Shown here piece by piece: positions 63,901-64,000 of a DNA stretch of 64,000 nt. How positions within the stretch are numbered: the stretch's first letter is position 1; every line of letters starts with the position of its first letter. The notes beneath the pieces are model-generated. The model worked only from the letters and a program-made list of their open reading frames with translations. It was not told where the DNA came from and did no database searches. Source of the stretch: Octopus sinensis (lineage: Eukaryota); contig NC_043005.1 in assembly GCF_006345805.1 (NCBI RefSeq), forward strand, positions 63,674,001 through 63,738,000, written 5' to 3'. A program made the position numbers and the translations under genes.

Positions 63901-64000
63901 AGAATTATCGCATGGAAGCCTAAGGTTTATTCTAAGAGCCATGACGTAACTGAAGTTCCATGGCATTTATTCTATTACATGCTAGAACGTATTTGGCTAG

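Overview
AT-rich, microsatellite-dense eukaryotic DNA. The SINE/LINE repertoire looks cephalopod, probably Octopus; this is inferred from recalled repeat motifs, not from a search. The window is mostly transposon debris: two R4/Dong-type RLE LINEs, Tx1/L1, CR1 and HERO-like LINE fragments, Tc1 and mariner remnants, many tRNA-derived SINEs, a complete 1.9-kb non-autonomous Helitron and several Penelope-like element (PLE) pieces. No host gene can be named; a few candidate + strand exons are given at low confidence. The most interesting locus is ~11.0-13.8 kb. It holds an uninterrupted GIY-YIG endonuclease ORF with no reverse transcriptase, lying between two homologous type-I hammerhead ribozyme folds on the same (minus) strand. 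The upstream ribozyme sits in a perfect 479-bp palindrome, so it is present on both strands. Also notable are two dimeric SINEs, each flanked by its own target-site duplication. Boundaries of degenerate elements are approximate, and all family calls come from motif recognition by eye.
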